Source: Blasia pusilla
Taxonomy: Eukaryota
Length of the DNA: 64,000 nucleotides
Assembly: GCA_050084515.1 (NCBI GenBank)
Contig: CM114271.1
Location: 37,076,001-37,140,000 of the forward strand
Direction: 5' to 3'
In this document: piece by piece, positions 39,901 to 53,559 of the stretch
Layout: the number at the start of each line of letters is the position of its first letter
Position numbering within the stretch: position 1 is the stretch's first letter
Position numbers and translations under genes: made by a program
Notes under the pieces: model-generated
Told to the model about the DNA's origin: nothing
What the model saw: only the letters and a program-made list of their open reading frames with translations
The model's database searches: none

Positions 39901-42217
39901 GACAATCAAAGAGAGTACATAACAAAGGATTGTAAGGAACAACCCAACGATTGTCCAAACTTTGATTGCGCTTCATTACCTTTATTCCATTATCCAACCC
40001 GTATCATAAGAATGAAAGAATAAATTAATATAGATACACCTTATAATAAATCAGAAAATTTGGAAGTTTTGCAAATCCAAAAGATGCAAAGTTTACTGAT
40101 AGATTGCATACCTCCGATAAATTGGATATCCATCCTCACTCTGCGTAGTTATGTTTGCAAAAGGCTTAGGATAGCCTTTGGTACACTTCTTGATTTCCTT
40201 ATCCATGTATGGAGCATTTGGATTGAGTTGTCCATATAGGCCTTGAACCATGCAATTAGCTACCGTAGAATGAAGTCTGGGATGAGTGTTTAGATTAGGG
40301 ATCTCATCAGATATTATATCATCATAATCGGATGTTGAGCGTGGCTTATCCTCATGATCCAGAATAATCAAAATATGTACATGTGGTAAACCTCTTTTTT
40401 GGAATTCAACCACATGAATGCAACCAACAACCCTTCCCAAGATGTGCTTCTCTAGAATAAGCCTTAATAACTCTCTTTTTTTTCTCAAAAACTCGTACAA
40501 TCAAATCTGGTCTATCAGTAGGTTGTTGACCAGGTAATAGTGTTGATGTGATCTCTTCCTATTTAGGATTGCATGTCATTGTTAGAAAGAAATCCGGTTT
40601 CCCATCGTGCCTCACAATGGCCATTTCATCTTGATAAAGTTGACGCATATGGCGTGGACCTCCACTAAAAGAAGAAGGCAATACAATACGCCTCACAAAC
40701 CTTGCACAATCTTTGTCACTTTGATACATGACATCCTTAAGACCTTGATATAATTCAGCTCGTAACTCCTTTTGATTTAATCGAACCCAAAATAGTCGTT
40801 GCATCTCCACTCTAGCATACATATCAACCATGTACTCTTCAGTAAGATGACCAAATCAAAGCAAACGATTGTTGTCTTTGGTACCCACACGGGTTTGAAG
40901 TAAAAAAGAGGCAATCGTAGCGCCATAAGAGTTTTTCTCCTTCCTCATGAGGAATCTCATCATCAATTCTTTCTTCCTCTACACAATCATTCAATCCTTC
41001 CATGTCTCCATCCATGGTAGTAGGAATATTGGAATTTGTGTTTCTTCAAATCTCCCAAGAGGTATTCGTGGATGGCATCTTGCTTCACCAAAGATAAATA
41101 ATGGAAAAAAATGCAATTGAACATATGCTTCATTTAGATCTGAAATACGAAGAACTCCTCCACCATGTAATTGAACAATAATATCACGTGGGTTAACATG
41201 TTCACTACCATCATCAAGTAAGATTGCAGCAACCTCAGATGCAGTTGGTAAGGTATAACGTTTGAAATCCATTCCTTGATTATGCGCCTTTAGAATGATA
41301 CAAAGATTAGGTCCACTTGCCTCATTTGCAATGTGTCAAAACATCATCACATAGGGATTATGTCAATGTAACATATCTTGCAACCCTCTTAAGATATATG
41401 ATCGAAGATCATCAGACATAAGTCTTCCTCGATTTTCCAATTCATTTTCAGTGTCGTAGATGTATAGTTGAGCAAATTGGGGATTACTTCCCTCGTCTAG
41501 ATGCAATAGGCGGATGCTGTGATAAATTCCTCCGTGGAAACGAAAGTGTCACGTGCCAACAACTTGCTTCTCCACTTGAGCTCCAGTAGATGCTAACTGA
41601 AGAGCACAATTATAAGCTCGAGTGTGTGAAAGAAAATGAAGACTTTGATCTCCAACACTAGAAATCAACGATTTCAAGAAAGGAGGAGAACACCTTGAGA
41701 ATGGGAGTTGTACTTTTCCATGATTACAACACATTCCAAAAGGCGAGTTTCGATACCTTGTACTCTTCACCCTTTCACACTTCCAATATAGGACGTAGAA
41801 TGAAGGGCATATTTCTGTCATAGAACCTATAATATGACGCCCTGTTACTTGGTTGATACTTGCTCGTAATCTTAACTTCATTATATCGCTCTGTTGGAAG
41901 TTCCGAATTCGTGCAACATTGAGTGACGTGTTAACTCTTGAAACTCGTCTAACATTATGAATCGGTGATTGAGATATCTCAGTTGGGAGATTTAATTCAT
42001 GATATGCAGAAGATACTTGCTCGACAACTGTAGGCATTATATGAGTAGATACCTCGATTTTATTAAGTGTGGAAATATTGTTGATAACCTCGTCATCTTG
42101 TTGAATAGATATGTCCTCCATAATAGTTGTAGCATTATTCATAGGTAAACCATCTTCACGTACACATATATTACTTGGTGATTGAGTTCTTCCAATTGGA
42201 GAATTAATCCATGACAT
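36912..42217 (-). mobile_element. Helitron Rep/PIF1-helicase gene, intron-containing, pseudogenised
   Basis: N-terminal Cys cluster (MCCNHGKV); Rep motifs PDFFLTMTCNP, VVEFQKRGLPHVHIL (HUH) and KYLYKYVYKGSD; helicase motifs DGFGRTGKNFL, IIWDEEPM, GGDFRQMLPV and QFPIRLAFAMTINKSQ. Introns such as 39628-39740 and 38180-38277 restore the frame; several stops and frameshifts remain. Element termini are not firmly placed. Confidence 0.93.
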
Positions 42218-44718
42218 GCGGAAAATACTTGCTCGAGGACTATAACGTCATTATCTTATAGAATAGATATGTCCTCCATAATGATCATAGAATTATTAAT
42301 AGGTTTTCCATCTTTAGGTACATATATATCCTCCTTAATAAAAATGTTATGTTATATTGGGAATATCCGTAATCCCCTCATGAGTCACGGGCCTACAAAC
42401 ATATCATAAAAATTTCATTGGAATATGCATAAAATAAGCTCATTGTGGATGGTTTCAAGGAGCCTTAGTTGTTTAGCGACCTCTCATCCGGCCACTCGCT
42501 CTCTAGGAGTTGGGACTCTATGTATGTTGCGCTTTTCTTGAGGACCATGAACATTCTTATAGAACTCACACCATGAACTGGTGTGAGTTCTTTAAGAATG
42601 TTCCCCGCGGGCCACATAGCACAAACTTGCCTTGGAACCTGGCTACAATCCGACGTTTTCTGGCCTTTACCACAACACCAGTTCATGGAATCAGACCGTG
42701 CTGCAAGAGTGATTGTTACATCCGGGGTCGAAGAAGTGGCACGCTCTAGGGGAATTTGGCGGTCACTTCAAGGAAGATACGTCAGCTCAGAAAGAGCTTA
42801 CTAACACTCCGAACTGCCACCATCGCTAACATAGCCAGCCAGCGTCTGTATCCACCGGAAAGCCTTCCATATCTACGATGTGGAAGAGAGCTTCGAATGC
42901 GCTCGCCTTCAGACGATGTTGTGTGCAGATCAGGATACATGAGGGGGAGACATGCAGTGATCAGATTCGTGGAGCCCAAAGTTACGTGATCAGGATTTGG
43001 GATCCATGAATTTGATCACTGCATGTCTGCACACTCTCGCAGAGTGCACAGACTGATACGAAAGAGAGACCTGAATCTAACCCTACTATTCTGATCACCA
43101 CTATCGCTGAAAGGCCCGCCCGTTGAATTTAGACTGTCCAATGGTCGAGTAACCTGTGCGTGTATGAGTTAGATGCACCGATCAGCCTTCATGGCCCGAG
43201 ACCTGTTTCCAATCTCCAGTGAATTAACCGCTACATGAATCGGGTTGGAACTGTGATATCGACAACCATAGTCATGATCACATCGACCTCTGCATTTACA
43301 GCCCTTGAAATTAGGGACGATTAGACGTGTGGGTGCGACAACCAAAAGAATGGCGCATCATTCCAGTTTACGATCACCGAACCTGCGCAGAGACGTCCAC
43401 TTCCAATCAATCAGCCATGATTCGATCTGAACCATGAATAACATATGACAAGTTCCAAACAAGGAGGAAAATGGTTCGATGCAAGATGATTCATAAGATT
43501 TTCATAGCGTTGGTTTAATTGGTCACCCGTCTAAAACTTCATAGTGATCGACGAATCGACACACCTTAAATGCTCACTCCTGGAAACGAGATTGAGCACC
43601 CCAGGAGTGCTCAATCTCGTATCCACGTATGGCCACCTGATGCACAATATTAGACAAATAGTTCAATCGAACCAAGAGCTTTCAGACCGGAAGTTTAATA
43701 CAGGTATGATCCCTTGATTACTAACACGTTTTATGCCCACGGATGAACTCGTCGCCCGTCCTCTATTGGAGATCACGTTCGTCTGCTCAAATTCACATCT
43801 CAAGGATGAACCCGTCATTCTTCCGCTCCAAAGTTGTATCACACTGCCTGAAACGCGTAGGGATTCCATGGAAAGCAAGCTGTACTTGGAGCGGACCGGA
43901 TGAGCTATACATGTAGGTGGTCAACTCGGTAAATGAGCGTCAACAGATCAATAATTGGAAATTTTCTCGGCTCAGATTGTCAGCAAATAGCAATGTGATA
44001 TTCCAGGTTGTGCCCTCACCAAAGCGAAAGCATCATAATGAGCTCATGAATGGTGCGAGGCTCCTCAAAGTGGTGAAGGAAGAATTAGTCAGCGACGCTC
44101 TCTTGGCATTATCAACCAACGCTTGCCAGCTGAGTGGTAATCCCTGAAGGAGCTCTGTAAGCGCAGCTCCCGATTCTGGAACAGGGTCTGACGACCAACA
44201 AATTGCACGACTGTCGGCGGATTGTGTAGACAAGATCTCTACGGGGAATAACCCTAGTTGATTATTGAACCATTACATGCTGTAAAACCATGTACATGAC
44301 ATCGAAAAGCTGTGTAATCCAAATTGCGTTGTCGAGCTTTGAGTTTTAATTGGGCCAGATTCACAATCACTCACGGGCACCGAGCATAAATTCAGCGCCG
44401 GCAACTGCATGTCCTCCACTTCGTTCATTGTCTTATAGGCGCACAATCGCCTGTAACTTCTAACGCAGAAAACTTTCAAGCTGCAAAATTGTATGTACAA
44501 GCACTGCCAGTGGAAATCCTCACCTAATCCGTCCACATCCATTTCAGACGATCTTGGGAAATAGATGATTCAACGAGCCATCCCTCAATCTAGGTCTAGC
44601 TTGCACAGAACCTCAACGCAAAGATCGAAGGGCAAATGCTCTGTAGTTCATCGAGTTAAATCGACCACTACAGCGAGATCAGAACTCTGACATGTAGTTG
44701 ATTGAGTTTGTCTCCTGC

Positions 44719-46335
44719 CTAGTATCCTAAAACCGATGATGGCAAAGATTCAAGATAGCCGATTGCTGATGCGTTGACCTTCCTGGCAAAGAGGTAGCAG
44801 GGAACCTTTCGTTTCTGATTATACATGCAGACCTGGGAAGCGGTTCGTGTCTTGGAAAACTGTGCTTCAAATGAAGTATCATGGTATGCGCCATCAACCT
44901 GGACTGACCTCTCTTGAATGTCATGGAACCACGCCTGTGTCAATTGATCCGAATTCAGCGCATGTGGTGATGTCCAATGAGGTTTGCTCCAATTCACGTA
45001 CATAATGGGCCAGGTGGATATACCCATCGGATCAACCAACCCTGCATTCACCATGGAAGAACGAAAGCGCGTTGAGACGATATTCGATTCGCGCACCTAA
45101 GCCACACAGATTTAAACTGTAATGGTGACAAACCCCGCTTCTATTCATGCTGGAGAAGATGCAGATGCATGAAGGAAGCTGAGTGCTGAGAAACAAGCGT
45201 AACGACATGGTAGTGCTTTAATATCCTTGAGTAGGCACAAAACTGTTCCATGCCACCATCAATCCAGCAGCAAGATTCGATTACCTTTTTCTTTCAGAGA
45301 TTGGAGACTATTTACTCCTCTAGATGACACAGTTTCAAAGGTGTGTGACAGGAGGGAGCGGAACATGCACCCAGTCAGTCAAATTCCATCCACCTTCATC
45401 GTTACTTCATCAAGAAAATGTACCTGGCTGCGTTGTTTCTTACCTAGCAGAGTCTGGATGTATTGTTCATCCGAGGCGCACCACAAAAAACAGTTTGCCT
45501 TGAACTTCTGGTACAGTATCGAATCCTCCAAAACGACGACGGCGTGACGCCGTTGCATAGCCATCCAGAGCTCTCCCTTCCTCAAGCTCTTCTTTGGAAA
45601 TTCCGGCATCGTTTCCCACTTCACGTAGTTTGTATGAGGGCGGAAAGACTCCACAAAAGACTGTTGAGAGTCCATCAGGAAATGATACGTGTATGGAAAC
45701 GAGCGAAGAGGAATGGTTGCCTCGCAGGCGTAGACAAACCAAGAATTGGAGGCGCCATGAAAAGGATCCAGGATGGAGTACGCCAGCAATCTGCGCATGG
45801 CATCCACAAGGTTGATGGAGTAGCGCTCGACAACGGCGCTCGGGATTTCGTGATTGTAAAAGAAGGATTCGGGTGGATAATGGTATCCCGGCGTAGCGTG
45901 CACGTAGATTGAGTACTGGCCTTTATGACCTTGAAAGAATCTGCGCCACAGAGGTTCGTGAGGCATGTGATCGCGGGTGATGAATAGAAAAGCTACCTTC
46001 GGCGTTGGAGTTGCAAGTCCAAGTTGATACAGTTCGTGCGCATGACCCGTGCGAGCCGCGCACTCGAGAACAGCGGATTCGTTCCACACCTTGAAGTCAA
46101 TCTGACAGCGCTCCGAGATGCTTCGTAGGAGGGTCGTTTCGTGAGGTCTCCACTGAAAGGCGGGGAGGGCTAAACGAGATGCTAGCGTTGAAAAAGAATT
46201 CGTGACCGAATCCATGCCTCCACTCAAGCTGTCGTTGAAGGTGGCAAGGTATGCTGAACAGAAGAGAACCAGTATCACAACGCCTGTCAGGATTAGCCAT
46301 GGGTTGTTCTTTACTCCGCTACCGTTAGGACTCAT
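44719..46335 (-). CDS. Core-2/I-branching beta-1,6-GlcNAc transferase-like (GT14-like/DUF266) type II membrane glycosyltransferase, 404 aa
   Basis: Exons 46335-45444 and 45041-44719 with a phase-1 GT-AG intron, 1215 nt in total; N-terminal TM helix, KVAFLFIT, LWRRFF, YSIYVH, SFVESF, RKGELW, DEQYIQTLL, YVNWS and CYLFARK. Confidence 0.92.
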
Positions 46336-48365
46336 GATTGCCTGATCAACAGATTGGCCCGGATTTCATCACCGCCCGCTGAACCTGAACTTTCAGAGTA
46401 CCTTGTACGCACGCCTCGATAAGGATCTCACGGCCGAAAAATCGTCTATCCTCTGCAAGAAGCGACGAGGAAGTGGCGATTTAGTGTTCATGAAATCTTC
46501 AGTTCTAGCTACCTCGAATTATAGCTTTCTGGACGGCTCAATAAAGACTCGCCACTGGATTGTAAAGAAACGTAGAGAGACAACAATTTGATCGAAACAA
46601 CTACAACGAAGATGATCAAAGGACCAATAAGCACAGAGAGAGAGAGAGAGAAACTCTACTCATTAAGTAGTGCATGTATTGATTAAGTAATGCCTGTCGT
46701 AGCTTTAGGACCATAGACCCCGCGCCTTGTTTCGACGGTGCACGGAGAGAGACATAATTGCAGATTTGCTTATGTGAAGCAGACAGAGAAAATCGTGGCA
46801 GCAACAGGTAAAATACGAGATCTAGCTACCTGGCTCTTCTCGATCTGCGGGTTTCCATTTCCTCTAGTTCTGACCTCTTTGTGAGTCAGGATCGGTGATG
46901 TACGTCATCCAACTCTTGCTCGTGACACAGCAACCTCCCTGAAGGAAGACTTGCGTCTGCTGTGAGAGGACCGTCTCGTGCTGGTCCCCTATGCAGGCCG
47001 GTATTCAGACTCGGATGTATTTATTTTTTTAGCCGGGAAATCTATCTCCTGTGGAATAACAAAGCGTTTTCCTCCACAGACATCCCCCTGTTATGACGGG
47101 CTCTGAATCGTGCAGGGTGACACAGAGATTCGCTCCACAGGCTTGAGGCTGTATCTTGCACACCATGGCGCCCTTCACACTATTGGGAGGAGCACCCGAC
47201 AGACAGTCCACATAAAGTTCTTAGGATACATCTGCGTGGTAACGAGTTTTCCTTCCATTTTCTAATGAAAGGAGGCGAGCCAATCAGTTTCTTGGATACT
47301 AAGCTCCTTCGCGTATTCCACCACGATCACCATACATTCTCCCGGGGATGTGGTAGATTTTCTGCGCCGCGGATGATTGTTGGAAGGTTGACCAGACCAA
47401 CCCGCAGCCCCGCGATCAGAGTATGACGGTATGACCAGTTCAGCGCTACTCATCTTACACCTACTACCAAGCTCCCTCGATTCATCTACGGACCGTGCCA
47501 TTGTTCTTTCTCCCTTCCTTCGCGCCACGGCCCGCTTTGCAATCGCCTCGGACATAGATGTTACCGTAATCCTGCGCCTCAAGCTTCGCTTCGCTCATGG
47601 GGTCAACGGTGAGGTGCCAACCTTCTTCCTTCGCGTCCACTCTGTTTTCTTTTCTACGGCTGCCGGAGATCTCGCTCTCGGAGGACCCTCCTGAGTCCTG
47701 TCACATGGCTTTACAGTGCACCTTCTCGTTATTTCAGGCTGGACGATCTCCCACCCTCCCGGAATCGTCCGCACCCACTCCAGATCGCGCGGCTGCGCTT
47801 GTCCCGTACTGCACGAACGGCACACAGTGATGCAAACGTGAGGGCGGATCGACGGACTTGCGCTTCGACGATCGTAACATGCGCGCGGTGACCACATCCA
47901 TCGCGGCCAATATAAATATATATATATACACTTTTATCGCTCGGATGATGAAGGCTTTCATGGGACTCTATGGTAAGTTGCCAATCGTGTTTGATGGAGT
48001 ACTGGCAAATAGGACAAGTGATTGGAGGAGTGTCACTAGAAAACCGTGTCTTCTCGTGATGTAAAGTGGTTTAGGACAATCTTCTAACTTCGCTAGTCCC
48101 ATGTCTAAGTGTGGCGTGGCATGGTTTACTCCAAAGGTCATTAAGTCCCGCTAGAGGGTTATCTCTTCCTTCGGCGAGTTGAGATTTGCCTCAAGGTGCT
48201 CCATGTATTGCAAAGCACAAATTCATGGAGTGAAAGGAGTAGTTTAATGCCTCGTGCCTCTTCATCCTCTCGTTAGTTAATCCCGAGGTCAAGATCCTGA
48301 CTTCTCAAGATCTATTTTGGGTAACAGATTAAAAATTTTATTAATATTTTACCTTTCACGGAGGG

Positions 48366-48430
48366 GACTCTAGTGGAGTGGATGGTGCGCTCACTATTGT
48401 GGAGGTGCAGATCCACGTTCGAATCGTCTA
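48366..48430 (+). other. Possible tRNA-derived (SINE-like) Pol III promoter head
   Basis: A-box-like TAGTGGAGTGG at 48371 and B-box GTTCGAATC at 48417; no cloverleaf. Confidence 0.3.
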
Positions 48431-48822
48431 AGGTGGCATGTTTTGCATGAGCCTTTTGCACGAGTCTAACCGTGGTGCCTCTAACCCGAGGATGAATAGG
48501 CGCGAGGGTTTAATGAGGGGTGTATTATACGGGAAGGTAGTCATAATCATGGGTCAAACAAGAAAAGTCTTTGGTATGATCCATCAAAGTTAAAACTTAT
48601 ACTAGCTAGTGGTGAGATTAGGAAGGGCGTCAAAATCAACCGTGGGACTAACTCTAGGAGATGCGCGCATGTGTCTTGTGAATGGTCTTAGGTGAGAAAA
48701 CAATGTAGCTACTCGCGGGGACAAAGGCAAGGCAAGCAAGGTTTGAAACCTTGGAGCCAAGCGCCAAGTCAAGGACAAGAAGCAAGGAACACGTGATCTA
48801 TCAATATGGGCGAGAGACCATG

Positions 48823-49286
48823 TGTCGTGCGCGTACTTCCTTGAACGTGGATCTTATGTGTCGCAGAAGCTTGCATTCAACAGGTCAACCTCTTCTTACT
48901 GATCTACACCCAAACATATTCACATTAGCCACGGCTTTGGTCAACCAGCCTTGAACCTTTTGAGTCTTGGTCCAAGGCCATCCTTCAAGCTCAACTAATC
49001 TAGACGAGGTCATATACCGACATAATCTCTCACTCCCCAACACAGGCAAGTCCTTCAAGACTTGGTACAGACTTCATTGATAGTCTACCAAACTAAAATG
49101 ACGCTAGCGCATCTGGAGATCCCAACTACCAAACAGACCTCAAACAAGTCTTTAACCGAGACTCACTATTTGAGTCACGGGTCAAGGTCCAAAGTTGGTA
49201 TCCATAGTTGGCCCACTTGGACTTGGCTTTATTTTGAGCTACGGCCCCAGCTCGCCCTGCGGGCATTACACGGGTCTGATCGCGGG
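48823..49286 (-). mobile_element. LTR segment (minus orientation) related to the 61275-62299 LTR, interrupted at 49287
   Basis: TGTCGTGCGCGTACTTCCTTGAACG... aligns over roughly 250-300 bp with TGTCGTGCGCCTACTCTCCTTGAACG at 61275, with shared blocks CTTCAAGCTCAAC, CCAACAC.GGCAAGTC and AAGACTTGG.ACAGACTT. Confidence 0.75.
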
Positions 49287-51604
49287 TGTCACGACTGTTA
49301 GGATAGATCGGTGGGATCAAGCAGAGCGTCTGCACGAGTAGTGGAGGACAGACCTATGAGGTCGAGGATGACCTGTTGAGGCCCGGGGAAACGTGAGAGA
49401 GCAGGTTTCCCCTTTATTTCGGCTCATTTGGAGCCAAATAGAGAAACTTACTATTTCGGGTAAGTTTCCATATTAGAGATACTTTACTTTCCACTTTGGG
49501 AAGTGGCCCTTGACCCGCTACAGCAGGTCAAGAGCCAAGGAGGTGACCTGCAAGAATAGGTTATCGTTTAGAGGGCTTGGGAGAGGGAAGGGAGTATACC
49601 TCCAAGAGAGAGAGCTTGAGAGCTCATTCTCTCTTTGTTGAACCTCTTGGCATAAGGCGGCGGAGCTATGGTCCCTTGCCTTGTGAGTGTAACCCAAGCC
49701 TCTCATTAGGAGAGTGGGTTTGGTTTGACATGAGAGAGAGTGCACACCTTTGAGAGCTATGGTGTGAGATGGTGTAGAGAGAGATTGGATCTTACTTTAC
49801 AAAGAGAGAATGAATAAGTGAGAGAGCTTCATGGGGGCAGCTCATTGGGCACTCGCTGGTTTTGCAGGTTGGGGATCATATGCCCCGTTCAGCGGTTCAT
49901 GGGAGTGCTCACCGGAGCAAGAGCCGCTTACTTGTGATGTTTTCTTTGCCGATTTTTGTGTGGAAGAGTGGCGCGGGGAAGCACCGCCCAATTTTTGATA
50001 GGGTTTGAGTGTGGGGGCAGGTTTCCCCATGCTGGTTCTCTCGGGAGCACCATGTAGCTTGCTGATTTGTGTTCTCATATGTTTTACATTTTCATTGGGA
50101 GAAATCAGCGCAGAAGCGCTGCCGAATTATGTGTAGGAGAAAGAGACATTTGGCTTAATGACAGTCCCCGTAAATTTTTACTACAATGTTCGAGTCCAAA
50201 TATTTTTTGATGCTCTTGTAGATCGTGAAGTTGTGCACGTTGTGCAACAAACAATGCACAATTTGGAGTAGTGAGCAAAAAGTTATGATCAATCTTGCAA
50301 AATTGCCATTGCTAGGCGATTTTTAGGGTTAAATTGTTCAAACCCTAAGCCGCCGCCGCCGCCGGCCGTCGCCGTCATAGTCACCATCAACGGTCCGACG
50401 TTGACCATCAACCGTCATCGGTCCACCGTCAACCGTCACCGTCACCGATCGGCCGTCACCATCGACGGTCAACCATCACCGTCAACAGTCCACCGTCCGT
50501 TGTCCACCCTTTGGTTGCCATTGCCACCATTACAAAGTGGAGGGTCTTCCATGACGTTCGTTGATTCTCTAACTTGCGTTGCCACCACGTACTTTGTTTT
50601 GGCCACCACTGTCATCGCAGTTTTGTCATCAACCAATGATGGCAGATGATCTTCGGTTATGGTGTTTGAGTTTTGATTTTATTCTTCTATGTTGTGATTG
50701 GTAGCCGCTCGATGACGATCGAGTACCGTGCCGTGACGCCCGTAGCCGCAATGTGCCGCCGATTGCTGCGCCGTGCCGCTCGTGGCCGCACCGCACCGTC
50801 TCGATCGCGGAACCGCTCCTTCACTAAGGAGCAGAGAGTGAGAAATTTCTGATTGAGGAGGGTATGCCGCCGAGTGTCGTGCTGTTTGTAGCCGTTCCGT
50901 GCGGCCAGTGCCACACCGGACCGCTCGACCTGCACCGCACATCGAGGAGGTTGAGCAGCGTCAGTACAAGAGGCATACGACTTGCTAATTCGAGGAGTTG
51001 TCTTCACGACCGAGTGGGGGTCGAGATTTGCAATTGCTGAGGAGCGACATCGACATGTGTTCAGGTTACCCATTCTGGTCCTTTATCCCGCACGTGTGGG
51101 GGATTCTCGGATTTGGGTAGTTTATTTGGGGATATTTGTTGTGTGGATGCTGAGAGCATCATTCATGTATGTGGTTCAGGGGACATAAATCTGTGTGGGA
51201 TGTCCGGAGTTGAGGGTAGGTTGTCGATGAGATGATAGTCTGGTCGATTTTCCGCACCACGCCGCGTGTTGCCGCATGTTACACGTCTCGGGGAGGGAGA
51301 GTGTAGATTTAGTGCCGCATGTTTGGGATGAGTGATTGAGTGATTACTCACGAGGTTGAGAGTGATTAGGTGAGAGGGGCACGAGGGTCATCACGGTGTC
51401 CGTTTGGGACTTTGAGAGGCGAGGTGGTGAACCCGAGAGTAGCTCTAGAGGTTTGACGCGGAGTGGCGCGAGGTTCCGAGGGTCTCCATGTAAGGGACCA
51501 CCTCGACCTCCTTTTGTGTCATCGTCAGAAAAGGGGAGGGTGTAGAGGAGTTTGTGAGCACATTGCTACACATTGTGAGTGGTCCTACCAGTTGGGCGTA
51601 CGAG

Positions 51605-53083
51605 ATGGACAACCGGGGTAGAGGACCGCGTAGGTTTTCTGGTGCATTATGCACGATTGAGTTGCACGATTTCATAGTAGAGTTTAGGAGTTGGTGTGAC
51701 TCCCAGGGGGCCAGAAACTCTAGAGAGTTTAACCCGTTTACAGCATGGAATGGTATGTTCCAGCATTTAGAGGGGATGCCCATGGACGATTACCATGAGT
51801 TCTCCCACATATATGGCCAGGAGATTGAGGCATGGTGACTCTACTATGACCCACACTTTGTGTCATGGATGGAGCCATTCCTAGATGAGGAGGAGGAGGA
51901 GTTAGGAGAGGCTAGTTCCTCTTCCACTAGTGATGTTTTAGGAGGGGTCACTCACACTAGAGCAGTTGAACCATCTAGTCGGGTTCATCCCAGGTTCAAC
52001 CCCGTGGTTGAGTTCTTCGCTAAGTTGAGGGCCAGCTACTAAGGGGTACCGATGGAGAAGTTGCGGAGCATCCACGACTTCCTGAGGCGCCCGGATGAGA
52101 GTTTACATGAGGCTTACACTCGCTTGCGTCGGTTGATCAACATCACTCAAGGGGTGACGGAGGCTCAGGCTATCCACTCATGATACGCGATGCTGGACCG
52201 GACCCTGCAGACACGGGTGCGGGAGGGGGTGCTTCTTATGAACACCTCCCCTATATTGAGAGATTTTTTTAGGACCGCCAAGAACATTGAGCCCAACATG
52301 GCGGAGGAGAGCGTAGCCACCATGGGTTCTGGGCGAGAGCAGTCACGATTGGTTGCACCACCTGTGCAGCAACGTGGACTTCGAGATAGGTCGACTGTGG
52401 CACCACGAGCTCAGGGAGGATACCAGGTGGCTGTGCCACAGAGACCTACGCCTTCATATGCGGCTCAGCAGCAGACGCCTACTATTACTTGTTGGTCATG
52501 TGGTGGAGCCCATCATCAGCACGATTGCACTTGTCAGGGTCATGGACGTGTGCCTCAGCATGGAGGAGGAGATGGTGCTGCACTAGGAGGTTATCAATGT
52601 GACTATTGTCAGAGGTATGGTCATACACGCGCCAGGTGTTTCAGTCTACATCATGAGTTACGTACGGACCGAGGGCCATAGAGGGCACCAGAGCGAGTAG
52701 CCGGTCGGGGTGGGCCTAGAGATCGTGCACCAGGTGGTCCCGTTGGGGGACGAGGAGCTAAAGTTGCCCGACAGGGTGGTGGAGCTGCCCGTGGAGGAGG
52801 TAGAGTACCACCACCTAGACGCGCCAAGGGAGACGACGGACGTGAGGCTGGGATGGCTGCTCACATACAACAGCTACAGGAGCAGATTGTCGTTATGGCA
52901 TTGAACTTACTCGATGCCGGATTTGTGGCATCGACATCATATGATGCAGCCAGAGATATGGAGGATCCTGGTTGGATGTGCCGGGTTGCCCAGATGGAGG
53001 CCGCCGCAGTTGTGATGCGTGGAGCAGCCGCAGAGTTGGATCCACAGCGAGGGGAAGCCAGAAAACATACTAGGCTTCCTTAG
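51605..53083 (+). pseudogene. Gag-like region with two zinc knuckles
   Basis: One frame from the ATG at 51605 with internal stops; LRRPDESLHEAYTRLRRL, CWSCGGAHHQHDC, CDYCQRYGHTRARC, then an Arg/Gly-rich stretch. Confidence 0.75.
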
Positions 53084-53559
53084 TCTTTCACGTTGTCTAA
53101 AGCGATGAGGACGCCATCGATGGGTCCTCATCAAAGTTCGTGGAAAGTTGGTGATGTTGTTGGTGTGCACGCACGGAGGGCGATGGGAGAAGCGAGTGCG
53201 ACGAATCCTATTGTTGATGCTCATGAGTGCATGTGTCGAGCACGTTGTTGGGGACGGCCATTGTTGTGTACTGCACTCCTTTATTTTCTGCTTCCGATGT
53301 TATGACGTTGGGGGGTACGCCCGCTGAGGCTTTCAGCTGGCCGCTTCATTATGTGAGCGCGGAGTTCGAGTTCCTACATCACGTTCAGAGGTGATTGCAT
53401 AGGAGGTGATGGACTTGCCCTTGGAGCGGATGCTTGGGCCATCCATGTCAGATTCATGGCAAGCTACGGCTTCCTGGATGGCGGAGATGCCCGCTAGACC
53501 CGCGATAGAGCATGCGATGGCTTCTCTTGGTGTTGTGTTGCTGGATAACCAAGGAGAGG

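Noticed and set aside
42440-44550. Exon-like short ORFs between the Helitron and the glycosyltransferase
   Set aside because: They could not be joined into a coherent spliced protein and no family motifs were recognised.
50351-50520. (CCG)n and CCGTCA low-complexity tract as a coding region
   Set aside because: Simple repeat in the element leader; the ORFs over it are compositional artefacts.
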